From: Nitrosopumilus sp.
GTDB lineage: Archaea; Thermoproteota; Nitrososphaeria; Nitrososphaerales; Nitrosopumilaceae
Direction: 5' to 3'
Length of the DNA: 64,000 nucleotides
NCBI GenBank assembly: GCA_965214775.1
Contig: OZ243974.1
Location: forward strand, 2,752,001-2,816,000
Made by a program: the position numbers and the translations under genes. Below, piece after piece: positions 10,989-22,040 of the stretch. Every line of letters starts with the position of its first letter. The first letter of the stretch is position 1. A model generated the notes under the pieces. That model was not told the DNA's origin. It ran no database searches and was given only the letters and a program-made list of their open reading frames with translations.

Positions 10989-12086
10989 GTGTTGCCCGGA
11001 AGTTCTATTGGCCACCGCCTTGTTCTAACCAGTTTTGGAGAGAGTCACGGAAGAACAGTCGGAGCGGTTCTAGACGGGTTTCCGGCAGGACTAGAGGTTG
11101 ACGAGAAAGACATCCAAGGAATGTTAGATCAGAGAAGGCCCGGTCAGAACCTAATCTCAACGCAAAGAAAAGAGGGGGACGTCGTAGAAATTCTCTCCGG
11201 AGTTTTCAGAGGACATACAACAGGTGCCCCAATTACAATGTTGGTCTGGAACGGTGATCAAAAATCAAGGGATTATGAAAATTTGAGGACAAAGCTTCGT
11301 CCAGGTCATTCAGATTATCCTGCAATGATAAAGTACGATCACCAAAACGACTACAGAGGGGGCGGAAGGTTTTCTGGAAGAATGACGGCTACACACGTAA
11401 TGGGAGGGGCCCTTGCAAGAAAACTTCTCAAGGTGACACTAGGAATCGAGACAAACTCGTTTACATCACAGATTGGAAAGGTGAGGATGGGCAGAAGATT
11501 CAACGGTAAAATGATTGACTCTATTTATAAAAACGATGTAAGGTGTCCTGAAACTAGAATTGCAAAGATAATGAGGGAGAAGATTTTAGAGGCAAAAAAG
11601 AGGGGGGATTCGCTTGGAGGAATAATCGAATCGGTTACAACAAACGTTCCCGTAGGATTGGGTGAGCCGATCTTCAACTCCCTAGAGTCTGATTTGAGCA
11701 GGGCGATGTTCTCCATTCCATCTGTAAAGGGCGTGGAGTTTGGTTCAGGGTTTGAAGGCGCTGAACTATTTGGCTCAGAGAACAATGATTTGTATACAGT
11801 AAAAAGGGGAAAAATTGTTACAAGGACAAACAATTCAGGCGGAATCCTGGGAGGCATCTCCAACGGCATGCCAATTACAATGAAAGTTGCATTCAAGCCA
11901 GCATCATCAATTGCTCAAAAACAGAGCACAGTAGACATCAAAACCAAGAAAGAAACAGTATTACAGGTCAGGGGAAGGCATGACCCCTGTGTTGTGCCCC
12001 GGGCCCCGCCTGTTGTCGACTCCCTAGTTGCACTAACCATAGCAGATCACGCGTTATTGGCAGGAGCAATCAAGCCGGTACTGTAA
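10989..12086 (+). CDS. aroC: Chorismate synthase
   Basis: FGESHG, RPGHSD, GGGRFSGRMT, NNSGGILGGISNG, GRHDPCV. Confidence 0.97.
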   Translation: MLPGSSIGHRLVLTSFGESHGRTVGAVLDGFPAGLEVDEKDIQGMLDQRRPGQNLISTQRKEGDVVEILSGVFRGHTTGAPITMLVWNGDQKSRDYENLRTKLRPGHSDYPAMIKYDHQNDYRGGGRFSGRMTATHVMGGALARKLLKVTLGIETNSFTSQIGKVRMGRRFNGKMIDSIYKNDVRCPETRIAKIMREKILEAKKRGDSLGGIIESVTTNVPVGLGEPIFNSLESDLSRAMFSIPSVKGVEFGSGFEGAELFGSENNDLYTVKRGKIVTRTNNSGGILGGISNGMPITMKVAFKPASSIAQKQSTVDIKTKKETVLQVRGRHDPCVVPRAPPVVDSLVALTIADHALLAGAIKPVL

Positions 12087-12089
12087 GAA

Positions 12090-13460
12090 ATGTCCGACAT
12101 TGAAGGCCTGAGAGACAGGATGGACAGAGTGACAATCGAGATGGTAAAGCTGCTCAAGACCAGAACAGAGATTGCAAAGGAGATAGGGGAGGTAAAAAAG
12201 ACCATGGGCAAAGGCGTCACAGATGAATCAAGAGAAAACAACCTGCGCAAAAAAACGATTTCGTTGTGCAATGAGATCGGATTGGAGGAAACGATTGCCA
12301 CCAAATTCCTAAACTTTTTGCTAAACGAATCGGTAAAGGTTCAATCAGAGAACAGACAGACACATCTCTCTGTTTTCTTAAAAGCCAAATCACTAGAGCA
12401 GAAAGGAAAAAGAATCATACACATGGAGGTAGGAGAGCCTGACTTTTTGCCACCTCAAATTGTCAGACATGCGTTAAACGAAGTGTTTGACAGGGGCTTT
12501 CTCAGATATGGCCAGGCAAAAGGAATGCCTTCATTTAGGGGGGCACTGGCAAGATACGCCACGAGGAAATTCAAACATGATGTTTCTGAAGAGGAGATCA
12601 TCGTAAGTCCCGGTGCACGGTTTTCCATATTTGCCGCAATCACAACCCTGCTTAACCCGGGAGACGAGATGGTCATAATCGAACCTGCATGGCCCGCATA
12701 CAAGGACTGTGCGTTGAATGCAGGAGTCAAAGTCAGGGCAGTCAGCACGACACTTGAAGACAGATGGGAGCCAAGCTTAGAAGAGATCAGATCAGCAGTC
12801 AACGCAAACACAAAGATGATAGTGCTAAACTATCCCAACAATCCAACCGGAAAGATTCTTCCAGAAAAACTGCTAGACGGCACAATCCAAATTGCAAAAG
12901 AAAACAACCTGTATGTCCTAAGTGATGAAATTTATTCAGAATATGCAAAAAGCAGCTGGAAGAGCGTCCTAAGGTACGGGTATGACAAGAGTATCGTCAC
13001 CCAGTCATTTTCAAAATCTCATGCAATGACAGGATTCAGAATCGGTTATGCCGTTGCAGACCCCAAGATAACAGAAAAGATGGCAGAATTAGTGGCATTG
13101 TGTCTTACTAGTGTTTCTGAGCCAGTCCAATACGCTGCCATGAGGGCACTGGGGGCAGACACATCCAACAACTCTAATACGGTGCAAAACAGACTAGAGA
13201 TGTTGGCAGAAAAAGCTCAAAAAATGGGACTGGAATTTGTGATCCCTGACGGGGCAATGTACCTTTTTGCCAGGGTAAACCAAGAGGGATTTGACGGCGT
13301 GAGGTTTGCCAGCAGTGCGCTCCAAAATGGATTGGCAGTTGCCCCGGGGGAGGGATTTGGGGATTATCGGGATTTCATCAGGATTTCAGCATGTCAAGAC
13401 GAAAAAACACTAATTGAAGGGATGAATATATTGAGTAATATGGTGGGAGATAACCAATGA
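12090..13460 (+). CDS. Chorismate mutase fused to class I PLP aminotransferase
   Basis: N-terminal CM-like helices (LRDRMDRVTIEMVKLLKTR); NYPNNPTG, SDEIY, SFSKSHAMTGFRIGY. Confidence 0.9.
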   Translation: MSDIEGLRDRMDRVTIEMVKLLKTRTEIAKEIGEVKKTMGKGVTDESRENNLRKKTISLCNEIGLEETIATKFLNFLLNESVKVQSENRQTHLSVFLKAKSLEQKGKRIIHMEVGEPDFLPPQIVRHALNEVFDRGFLRYGQAKGMPSFRGALARYATRKFKHDVSEEEIIVSPGARFSIFAAITTLLNPGDEMVIIEPAWPAYKDCALNAGVKVRAVSTTLEDRWEPSLEEIRSAVNANTKMIVLNYPNNPTGKILPEKLLDGTIQIAKENNLYVLSDEIYSEYAKSSWKSVLRYGYDKSIVTQSFSKSHAMTGFRIGYAVADPKITEKMAELVALCLTSVSEPVQYAAMRALGADTSNNSNTVQNRLEMLAEKAQKMGLEFVIPDGAMYLFARVNQEGFDGVRFASSALQNGLAVAPGEGFGDYRDFIRISACQDEKTLIEGMNILSNMVGDNQ

Positions 13461-14347
13461 AGAAGAATGTGAAGAAGATGAACAACGGCAACAGCGAAAA
13501 GAAGGTGACAGTCATAGGCGCAGGGGGGCAAATGGGCCAGTGGTTTACAAGATATTTTGCACGCAAGGATTTTGAGGTAACGGGCTATGATTCTGAGAAC
13601 AAGGTATCAGGCAAAGACATCATTCAGGCCGAATCACTCGTAGGCGCAATCCTAAAGGCAGACTATGTCGTGTTATGCACGCCTACAAGAAGGACGCCGG
13701 AGATCATCAGGCTGATTGCAAAAGAGATGAAACGGGGAACGTATCTGATTGAAATCTCTTCAGAAAAATTCAAGGTCGTCTCATCGCTATCAAAAATGCC
13801 TGCAAAAATCAATCCAATTTGCATTCATCCAATGTTTGGCCCAGGCATCAAGACGATAAGGGGGCAGAACGTCATTTCAGTTCCGATCAGGGATGCAAAA
13901 AAAGAGTTGGCCGTTGCAAAATCACTGTTTGAGGGGGCAAACTTTGTTACGATTGACGCAGCCGAACATGACAAAAAGATTGCAGTGATTTTAGGACTGA
14001 CTCATTTGATGAACCTGGTATTTGCAAACATTGTTTCAAAGGACGAGAAGATGCTGCTGACAGAAAAGATGTCCGGAACTACTTTCAGGGTTCAAAAGAC
14101 ACTGGCCGAAAGCATAATGACAGAATCCCCGGAATTGATCGAGACGATCATTGCAAATCCAGAGATTAGGAGGGTTGCCGAAGAACTATGGAAGGACATC
14201 GGACGGCTGCTTACTGCAGTACAAGAGTCAAAGACAGAGGAGATCATAAACTACATCAAGGATTGCCAGGAGAGGTTAGGAAAGCATACAGACGTTAACG
14301 AATCTTACAAAAAGATGACCAGAATGGTCAAAGCCGTTGAAAAATAG
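13457..14347 (+). CDS. tyrA: Prephenate dehydrogenase
   Basis: IGAGGQMG, IHPMFGP, EHDKKIAVILGLTH. Confidence 0.9.
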   Translation: MKKNVKKMNNGNSEKKVTVIGAGGQMGQWFTRYFARKDFEVTGYDSENKVSGKDIIQAESLVGAILKADYVVLCTPTRRTPEIIRLIAKEMKRGTYLIEISSEKFKVVSSLSKMPAKINPICIHPMFGPGIKTIRGQNVISVPIRDAKKELAVAKSLFEGANFVTIDAAEHDKKIAVILGLTHLMNLVFANIVSKDEKMLLTEKMSGTTFRVQKTLAESIMTESPELIETIIANPEIRRVAEELWKDIGRLLTAVQESKTEEIINYIKDCQERLGKHTDVNESYKKMTRMVKAVEK

Positions 14348-14352
14348 CGGAA

Positions 14353-14757
14353 ATGCGCTCAACAAAGATCGTCACTTCATTTATCACAGATAACGGCAAG
14401 CTGCTAATCCTAAAGCGAAGCGGCAGGGTAAAGACCATGAAGGGGTTGTGGGCAGGAATTAGCGGCATAATAGAAAAAAACGAAGAGCCGCTTCAGCGTG
14501 CAAAGATCGAGATTTTCGAGGAAACGGGGATTCCCGAAGAGGACATCACACTGGTCAAATCGTCCCAAAAAATCATGGTGGACTCGCCGCAATACGAAGA
14601 TCACGAATGGGAGATTTTTCCATTTTTGTTTGAATCAAGAAATCCGATCATCAGGCTGAACTGGGAAAATTCGGACTTTAGGTGGATTGATGTCAGCGAG
14701 TTGGAAAATTATGAAACCGTCCCTAGCCTGCAAAGGGTGTTACTCAGCTTGCTGTAG
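14353..14757 (+). CDS. NUDIX hydrolase
   Basis: Nudix-like box GIIEKNEEPLQRAKIEIFEETGI; LNWEN. Confidence 0.88.
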   Translation: MRSTKIVTSFITDNGKLLILKRSGRVKTMKGLWAGISGIIEKNEEPLQRAKIEIFEETGIPEEDITLVKSSQKIMVDSPQYEDHEWEIFPFLFESRNPIIRLNWENSDFRWIDVSELENYETVPSLQRVLLSLL

Positions 14758-16068
14758 TTTTTTGTTTTCCTGGTCATAGTCTTTCTGTTGTGGAAGCATC
14801 ATGTATACACATGCGCCGCCGCACATCGTACAGGGGACGTTGTTTCCAGGATGCTGGCCTGCCCTGCCATGAATTTTTGCCGCCTCCTCAGGATCAATGG
14901 ACAGTGCCAGCTGCCTTTCCCAGTCAAGGGTCCGGCGGGCTTCAGTCATTGCCATGTCCCATTTGATGGCTTTTTCCCTGATCTTTACGAGATCTCCTGC
15001 ATGTGCAGCTATTCTGTATGCAATCAATCCTGCTTTTACTTCTTCGGCATTGGGCAACGCCAGGTGTTCTGAGGGGGTAAGATAGCACAACAGATCGACT
15101 CCCTCGCTTGCAGAAACTGCAGCGCCGATTGCGCTTGCAATGTGATCATGGCCTGATGCAACATCAGTTACAAGTGGTCCCAGAACATAGTAGGGCACAT
15201 CGCCAATCAATGATTTTGCCAGCCTGACATTTGCTGCAACCTCGTTTAATGGAACGTGTCCCGGGCCTTCGACCATTACCTGGACGTCCTGTTCGTGAGC
15301 CCGCTTGGTCAGTTGTGAGATGTTTATCATTTCTTGTACCTGCAGTTCGTCATGAGAGTCCAGAATCGAGCCGGGCCTCAGGGCATCCCCAAGGCTGAAC
15401 GTGACGTCGTATTTCCTTGCAACCTCGATCAGATAGTCGTAATGGGTAAGGTACGGGTTTTCTTTGTCATGCTTTAGCATCCATGCAGCAGTAATGGTCC
15501 CGCCCTTGCTAACTACGCCTCCATGTCTTTGGACTTTTAGGATTCTTTTTGCGATATTCCTTGTTATGCCGCAATGAATCGTGGTATAGTCCACGCCATC
15601 CTTTGCGTTGTTTTCAAATGCCTTGATATAGTCATCTTCAGTTAGATTCAGCGGGTTTTTGTGAACCTCAACTCCATAGTTGTATGCCTCGTAGATTGGA
15701 ACGGTTCCAAACGTTATCGGTGCGGCATCCAGCAGCGTCTGTCTGATCCTTTTTACATCGCCACCGTCACTGAGATCCATGATGGTATCAGCGTGATACT
15801 TTACTGCAACTCTTGCTTTTTCAATCTCCCCATCCAAGTTGACATTTAGTGTCGAGGTGCCAATGTTTACGTTGACCTTGGTTTTCAGGCCTTTGCCAAT
15901 TCCCACATTGTGAATTTTTTGAGGTCTTGCATTATTGCTCGGGATAATGATTGAGCCTTTTGCGATTTTTGAAACTAGCCAGCCAATGGAAACATCCTCG
16001 TCTTTTGCAACTTGTTTCATTTGATCAGTTGCAATACCCCTGCGAGCTGCTGTCATCTGTGTTGCCAC
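14740..16068 (-). CDS. thiC: Phosphomethylpyrimidine synthase ThiC
   Basis: KVNVNIGTS, SLGDALRPG, EGPGHVP, EHLALP, CTMCGGAC. Confidence 0.97.
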   Translation of the reverse strand: MATQMTAARRGIATDQMKQVAKDEDVSIGWLVSKIAKGSIIIPSNNARPQKIHNVGIGKGLKTKVNVNIGTSTLNVNLDGEIEKARVAVKYHADTIMDLSDGGDVKRIRQTLLDAAPITFGTVPIYEAYNYGVEVHKNPLNLTEDDYIKAFENNAKDGVDYTTIHCGITRNIAKRILKVQRHGGVVSKGGTITAAWMLKHDKENPYLTHYDYLIEVARKYDVTFSLGDALRPGSILDSHDELQVQEMINISQLTKRAHEQDVQVMVEGPGHVPLNEVAANVRLAKSLIGDVPYYVLGPLVTDVASGHDHIASAIGAAVSASEGVDLLCYLTPSEHLALPNAEEVKAGLIAYRIAAHAGDLVKIREKAIKWDMAMTEARRTLDWERQLALSIDPEEAAKIHGRAGQHPGNNVPCTMCGGACVYMMLPQQKDYDQENKKLQQAE

Positions 16069-16194
16069 AAGTAATCTCTAGGCTCACCTGATTTAAACAT
16101 CGTTGAGCCGCCGCAAGCAAATGACCGCAAAATGCAGGGCACTATATTAGGCAGATGGATCGATCTTATATGCAAGAAATGGCAATAGTTCACC

Positions 16195-16293
16195 ATGAGA
16201 TCAATTAGGGAGTGCAAGCATTGCGGAAGAGAGTTTTACAGCATAAGGGATGACTTTTGTTCTTTTGACTGTGTGTCTCAGGCATCATCCTGA
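16195..16293 (+). CDS. Small zinc-finger-like protein (32 aa)
   Basis: MRSIRECKHCGREFYSIRDDFCSFDCVSQASS; CxxC...CxxxC; below the ORF-track cutoff. Confidence 0.6.
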   Translation: MRSIRECKHCGREFYSIRDDFCSFDCVSQASS

Positions 16294-16639
16294 TTTTATG
16301 GCTGCAGTTATTTGTATGGACAGGCGTCTCTCGGCCTGAATTTTAGGTTCTACTCAAGACAGGCTCAATCATGCCCAGTTTGATCAGGAGAATTTTTGAC
16401 TACCGCTAATTTCAGATTCTCCGGACTGGTTCCAACTCTGCAAAACGCAATGGGGTAGTGTCCAAGTCTCATTTTCTTTTTCAAAAAAAATGTTTTCGGA
16501 GGTTTGCCCGATCTTATGGTTTTGGATTAAAAATAATTGTCAACGCAGTACCGTAGTCAACTCATAAAAAAACGGACTGTAATTTTGACATATCGTGCCT
16601 ATGTCGATAAAAAATGTTCAGATTTCAACTGTGCGTACT

Positions 16640-18174
16640 AGACTTTATGCGTAATCGACCGTGATTAAAAATTCCGTAGGCTTTTCCAAACGCAAATGCG
16701 CTGATCGGATCAAATTACCGCATGCATCTCGTGTCATGACGCACGTAAAAGCCAGTTGCGCCAAAAGAACGTGCGCAACCATGCAGCACGGCAATGTGCC
16801 CCTTTGACAAGTCAGAAAGAATGGCGGTCCGTGCCGCCGTATGTCATGTGTCTGGCAGCAGATGCAGCTGCTGCAGCAGCTGGCCATAGTGTTTTTTCCT
16901 TTTCAGCATAGTCTTGAGGTTCTCAAGACCCGTGATTATCTGCATGAAATAGTTTAGATCCTTGGCAGTTCCGCCAAACGGCATGGTAAGAATGCCATAT
17001 CTTTTGAGCCGCCCTATGTGGTGCTCCACTCTGACGCGGACCCTGCTTATCTGCTTGCGGCGCCTCTTTTGCGTTGCAGTAAGATCCCCGTCCCTGGGCT
17101 TCTTTGGGGGCTGCCTGTGTATGGCGCCCGGAAGCATCTTTTGAATGCCCTCAAATCCCAGGTCGCTGAAAACGACAAACGCCTCTTCCGGATCGTCTGC
17201 GTTTTTTGCATTCCTCATTGATCCGGTGTGCCTTCCAAAGTCCGGGCCGCCCCCTGCGTTCATCACGCCCTTGTCGTTGACGCTTCCGTCCACAGTCTTG
17301 CCGCAGTGCAGTATGAGGCCGTCCAGGTTCGAGGTAATTATCGTGTTGAACATGTGCCGCTTTTTTCTTCCCGAGTATCTGGTCTTTCTTGCGGTCCTGT
17401 CCCCGGGCCTGTCTACCGGAGTCAGGGTGCCGTCAATCAGGAGCGTCTTTTTTGGGATCAGCACCTCCTCCAGCTTGCCTGCCGGGGTCTTGCAGATGAT
17501 GCTTGTTAGCTTTTCGGAGGCAGGCAGGAGATGGCGCAGTAACACGGCACCGTACCGGAGGTACCTGGACATTGTGGACTGGTCGACGTCAAATGTCGCG
17601 GCCAGATGATGCTGCGTTGCCTTGGTCCTTATGCTCATGAGTACTGCAAGCAGCGCGTGCCTGATGTACAGCTTGCACCGGTTTCCGGCATCGCCGCCTC
17701 TTACGTCGTCCTCCCAGAACAGGGGTCTGTCCTCGTCGTCCATGACTTCTTCCGTAAAGCGCTCCAGTATGATCTCAAATGACTCCTTTGTGCATCCCGT
17801 GACGTTGCGAAGGCGCACCGGATCGCCGATTATGCCGTCTGCAACCTCGATTGCGTGCATCCGCAGAGGCGTCCCGCCGCGCACGACTCTTTTTGTCTTG
17901 TTTTCTTCGGACTGCCACAGCGAGTCCTCAAACGCAAGCTGCTTCCTCATACGCTCGTTTTGCTTGGACATCTGTTTGTTTTGCTTGGATACCTGCTCGT
18001 GTTGCTCGACTAGCATCTCGTGTTGCGCTTGTAACGCTTGAAATGCTTGGAGAGTCTTGTCATTTGAGCCCATACAGTCAGGGAATCATACAGATCTTTA
18101 GGGTTGTTGGTGTGCAAATAATGATCTATTGTGTCGTATTTTTAGATCAGATGGGCCGATTACGCATAAAGTCT
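16640..18174 (-). mobile_element. IS5-family (ISL2-like) insertion sequence, copy 1
   Basis: TIRs AGACTTTATGCGTAATCG / CGATTACGCATAAAGTCT, 3-bp TSD ACT. Confidence 0.92.
16844..18073 (-). CDS. IS5-family DDE transposase (HTH_Tnp_4/DDE_Tnp_4 type)
   Basis: LIDGT, YSGRKK, DLGFEG, RVRVEHHIGRLK. Confidence 0.92.
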   Translation of the reverse strand: MGSNDKTLQAFQALQAQHEMLVEQHEQVSKQNKQMSKQNERMRKQLAFEDSLWQSEENKTKRVVRGGTPLRMHAIEVADGIIGDPVRLRNVTGCTKESFEIILERFTEEVMDDEDRPLFWEDDVRGGDAGNRCKLYIRHALLAVLMSIRTKATQHHLAATFDVDQSTMSRYLRYGAVLLRHLLPASEKLTSIICKTPAGKLEEVLIPKKTLLIDGTLTPVDRPGDRTARKTRYSGRKKRHMFNTIITSNLDGLILHCGKTVDGSVNDKGVMNAGGGPDFGRHTGSMRNAKNADDPEEAFVVFSDLGFEGIQKMLPGAIHRQPPKKPRDGDLTATQKRRRKQISRVRVRVEHHIGRLKRYGILTMPFGGTAKDLNYFMQIITGLENLKTMLKRKKHYGQLLQQLHLLPDT

Positions 18175-18402
18175 ACTATGTATGCACTACGACACGAAGG
18201 CAGATGCACAGGCTTTTACGTGTCAATCAAGCCAAAGCGCATCCACCTCAACAGGGTTTATCCGAAAAAGTATTTCCGTAGTCAGCAGCTTCAATTCTAA
18301 ATCCTTGCAGAAAGGGATTGATCTTATCATGACTGAATTCAGTGTTGAACTGGACCCCGTATTTTCGAACCACTTTTTGGGCATTTTTGAGTAGCTCTGA
18401 CA

Positions 18403-18677
18403 TCATTTGCCTGCCTCCCTTTGGTGCCGTACGATGAACTCCATCGGAGTGAGATATCCAAGCGAGGAGTGTATTCTATCGTGATTATAGTCCCTAAATG
18501 CCTCCTTTATGACGTCTGAGGCGTCCTGGAAGGAGTCAAACTCATGGGGCCACAGGTATTCCCTCTTGATGCTTCCGTGAAACGACTCTATGTGGCCGTT
18601 TTGCTCTGGCGTCCTGTATGCTATGAGCTCGTGCCTGATTCCCAGCTGTTTTAGGGACTCCCTGAACATACGCGATG
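18403..18677 (-). pseudogene. IS3-family transposase C-terminal fragment
   Basis: PEQNGHIESFHGSIKRE...YNHDRIHSSLGYLTP; 5' part replaced by the IS481 end at 18678. Confidence 0.85.
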
Positions 18678-19246
18678 TGTATTATATGAAAATTATGTCG
18701 CACCATCACCGGTATCCTCCTCCATCCATTTCGGGTTGCTTTTCCTGATCGCATCTGTGGCCTTCCTGTCGCAAAATGCCCGCAGAGGCGTCTCGTAGTT
18801 GTCTATATCCAGCGACCAGTGCAGTCTGTCCTCGTTGTAATAGCCGATATATGCAGACAGGCTCTCGTGGTTCCATATCTCCTCCTCGATGCTCCTGTGG
18901 AAGCGCTCCAGCCTGCCGTTGGTCTGCGGGTGATACGGCCTGGAGCTTGTCAGCTCGATTCCGCAGTCGAGCAGCTCCTCCTCCTCAAAGGCAGTGGGCC
19001 TCCACACGCCCTTGGGCGGATTCTTCTTTTTCTTTGGATCCGAGCGCGCCCCGACAAAGCACTTGCCGTTGTCTGAGAGGATTGTGGCAGGCGCGCCGAA
19101 CCGGGCCACGGCCTGCCGCAGGACCGCCATGACGTTCTCCGAGGTGGCCTCCCAGAACAGGCCCGCACCGGTCACGCACCTGAACGAGTCGTCCAGAAAC
19201 GTGACCAGGCTGGGCCCTGCAAAGCGCGGATCCTTCATGGTATGCC
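18678..19246 (-). pseudogene. Truncated IS481 element (3' half of the element at 45644-46708)
   Basis: TIR TGTATTATATGAAAATTATGTCGCAC at 18678; ORF 18693-19238 closely matches the C-terminal half of 45674-46693. Confidence 0.9.
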
Positions 19247-19499
19247 ATAATCAATTCATAAAAAAACGAACAATTTTGACAACTGCTTTTGATCCAAACA
19301 TTAAGATCATGCAAACCATCGCACATGCATGGGAAAACAGGCAGAATTTGTGGCATCCAGGGACAAATTCCTGGCAAGCAAAGTACTCACGTCTTCGCAA
19401 GGCGTACTAGACCCGACAGTATGGAACACGACAGTTATTACTGCAGTAGTTAATTCGTGTATGTGGGGTTTGACATGCTGCCACACAAGACTCTACAAT

Positions 19500-21034
19500 A
19501 GACTTTATGCGTAATCGACCGTGATTAAAAATTCCGTAGGCTTTTCCAAACGCAAATGCGCTGATCGGATCAAATTACCGCATGCATCTCGTGTCATGAC
19601 GCACGTAAAAGCCAGTTGCGCCAAAAGAACGTGCGCAACCATGCAGCACGGCAGTGTGCCCCGTTGACAAGTCAGAAAGAATGGCGGTCCGTACCGCCGT
19701 ATGTCATGTGTCTGGCAGCAGATGCAGCTGCTGCAGCAGCTGGCCATAGTATTTTTTCCTTTTCAACATCGTCTTGAGGTTCTCAAGACCCGTGATTATC
19801 TGCATGAAATAATTGAGATCCTTGGCAGTTCCGCCAAACGGCATGGTAAGAATGCCATATCTTTTGAGCCGCCCTATGTGGTGCTCCACCCTGACGCGAA
19901 CCCTGCTTATCTGCTTGCGGCGCCTCTTTTGCGTTGCAGTAAGATCCCCGTCCCTGGGCTTCTTTGGGGGCTGCCTGTGTATGGCGCCCGGAAGCATCTT
20001 TTGAATGCCCTCAAATCCCAGGTCGCTGTAAATCACAAACGCCTCTTCCGGATCGTCTGCGTTTTTTGCATTCCTCATTGATCCGGTGTGCCTTCCAAAG
20101 TCCGGGCCGCCCCCTGCGTTCATCACGCCCTTGTCGTTGACGCTTCCGTCCACAGTCTTGCCGCAGTGCAGTATGAGGCCGTCCAGGTTCGAGGTAATTA
20201 TCGTGTTGAACATGTGCCGCTTTTTTCTTCCCGAGTATCTGGTCTTTCTTGCGGTCCTGTCCCCGGGCCTGTCTACCGGAGTCAGGGTGCCGTCAATCAG
20301 GAGCGTCTTTTTTGGGATCAGCACCTCCTCCAGCTTGCCTGCCGGGGTCTTGCAGATGATGCTTGCTAGCTTTTCGGAGGCAGGCAGGAGCCGGCGCAGT
20401 AACACGGCACCGTACCGGAGGTACCTGGACATTGTGGACTGGTCGACGTCAAACGTTGCGGCCAGATGATGCTGCGTTGCCTTGGTCCTTATGCTCATGA
20501 GTACTGCAAGCAGCGCGTGCCTGATGTACAGCTTGCACCGGTTTCCGGCATCGCCGCCTCTTACGTCGTCCTCCCAGAACAGGGGCCTGTCCTCGTCGTC
20601 CATGACTTCTTCCGTAAAGCGCTCCAGTATGATCGTAAATGACTCCTTTGTGCATCCCGTGACGTTGCGAAGGCGCACCGGATCGCCGATTATGCCGTCT
20701 GCAACCTCGATTGCGTGCATCCGCAGAGGCGTCCCGCCGCGCACGACTCTTTTTGTCTTGTTTTCTTCGGACTGCCACAGTGAGTCCTCAAACGCAAGCT
20801 GCTTCCTCATACGCTCGTTTTGCTTGGACATCTGTTTGTTTTGCTTGGATACCTGCTCGTGTTGCTCGACTAGCATCTCGTGTTGCGCTTGTAACGCTTG
20901 AAATGCTTGGAGAGTCTTGTCATTTGAGCCCATACAGTTAGGGAATCATACAGATCTTTAGGGTTGTTGGTGTGCAAATAATGATCTATTGTGTCGTATT
21001 TTTAGATCAGATGGGCCGATTACGCATAAAGTCT
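19500..21034 (-). mobile_element. IS5-family (ISL2-like) insertion sequence, copy 2
   Basis: Same TIRs as copy 1, 3-bp TSD AAT. Confidence 0.92.
19704..20933 (-). CDS. IS5-family DDE transposase, copy 2
   Basis: 409 aa, a few substitutions relative to 16844-18073. Confidence 0.92.
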   Translation of the reverse strand: MGSNDKTLQAFQALQAQHEMLVEQHEQVSKQNKQMSKQNERMRKQLAFEDSLWQSEENKTKRVVRGGTPLRMHAIEVADGIIGDPVRLRNVTGCTKESFTIILERFTEEVMDDEDRPLFWEDDVRGGDAGNRCKLYIRHALLAVLMSIRTKATQHHLAATFDVDQSTMSRYLRYGAVLLRRLLPASEKLASIICKTPAGKLEEVLIPKKTLLIDGTLTPVDRPGDRTARKTRYSGRKKRHMFNTIITSNLDGLILHCGKTVDGSVNDKGVMNAGGGPDFGRHTGSMRNAKNADDPEEAFVIYSDLGFEGIQKMLPGAIHRQPPKKPRDGDLTATQKRRRKQISRVRVRVEHHIGRLKRYGILTMPFGGTAKDLNYFMQIITGLENLKTMLKRKKYYGQLLQQLHLLPDT

Positions 21035-22040
21035 AATATGGAACACGACAGTTATTACTGCAGTCAGCCCATCAAATATCGGAACATCTTTACCGGTAGG
21101 ATCTCTCCGCTGGCAAACAGATTCCGCACGGACTGCTCCATCTCATCAAGCGTATCAAACACCTTGGCAGACAGCCTCCGCTTTATCTCCCTCCACTGTA
21201 TCTCTACAGGATTGAGCTCCGGCGTGGACGGCGGCAGGTACTCCAGCATTAACTCGCCCTTGTACTTTTCCAGCGTCTTTTTTACGCCGACAGACTTGTG
21301 GTATGACGCATTATCTAGGAATATCAACACCTTTCCGTATTTTTCGTGCAGATTTTCCAAAAAGTCGCAAAAGCTGTCGGTGTTGGTCTTGTCATAGAAC
21401 ATATGGTAGAATATACCGACTGCCAGCACGCCGAAGATGTACCGGCGCTGCCGTGACAGCGTCAAGGGCGCCGTGATGCTCATGCCGCGCCTGAACCACC
21501 CATGTTTGGGGCTATTTGAGGTCTTTTGTATGGATGACTCGTCTTCTGTCATTACCGTATACCCTTGTGCCTCCTTTTCCCGTATCAGCTCCTGGGATGC
21601 CTCCTCGAACTCGTTCTGCTTGCGTTTTGAGGCGGACTTTGGGTTCTTTGGCCTTGATTTCTTCCAGGAGAACCCAAGCTCGTGTGCCAGCAGCCGCGTG
21701 CCGCTCTTGCTGTATTCTATGCCGAACTTCTTTTTGATGTGCCGCCTTATCAGGCCCGAGTCCCACAAACTGCTCTCAAAGCCGCACTCCTCTGATCCTG
21801 ACTTGAGATCCGCCTCAAGCTGTTTCAGCTGCGACTCACTCAGCTTGTGCTTGCGTCCCCTGCCTGGCCGCTCATGCCTTGCGCGTATTCCCTCGTCCTG
21901 CGCGCGGATGAGCCACCTGGATATGGTGGAATGTGCCCGGTCGAGGTTCTTTGCTATCTGTTCTGTATCGAGGTCGTCCTTGCGCTGCATGTATGCCAGC
22001 AACCTGTCGCGCTTTCTCTTGTCTGTCTCCTTTTTGTACG

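Noticed and set aside
16069-16194. TPP riboswitch upstream of thiC
   Set aside because: No recognisable conserved TPP aptamer motifs; short archaeal-type promoter region.
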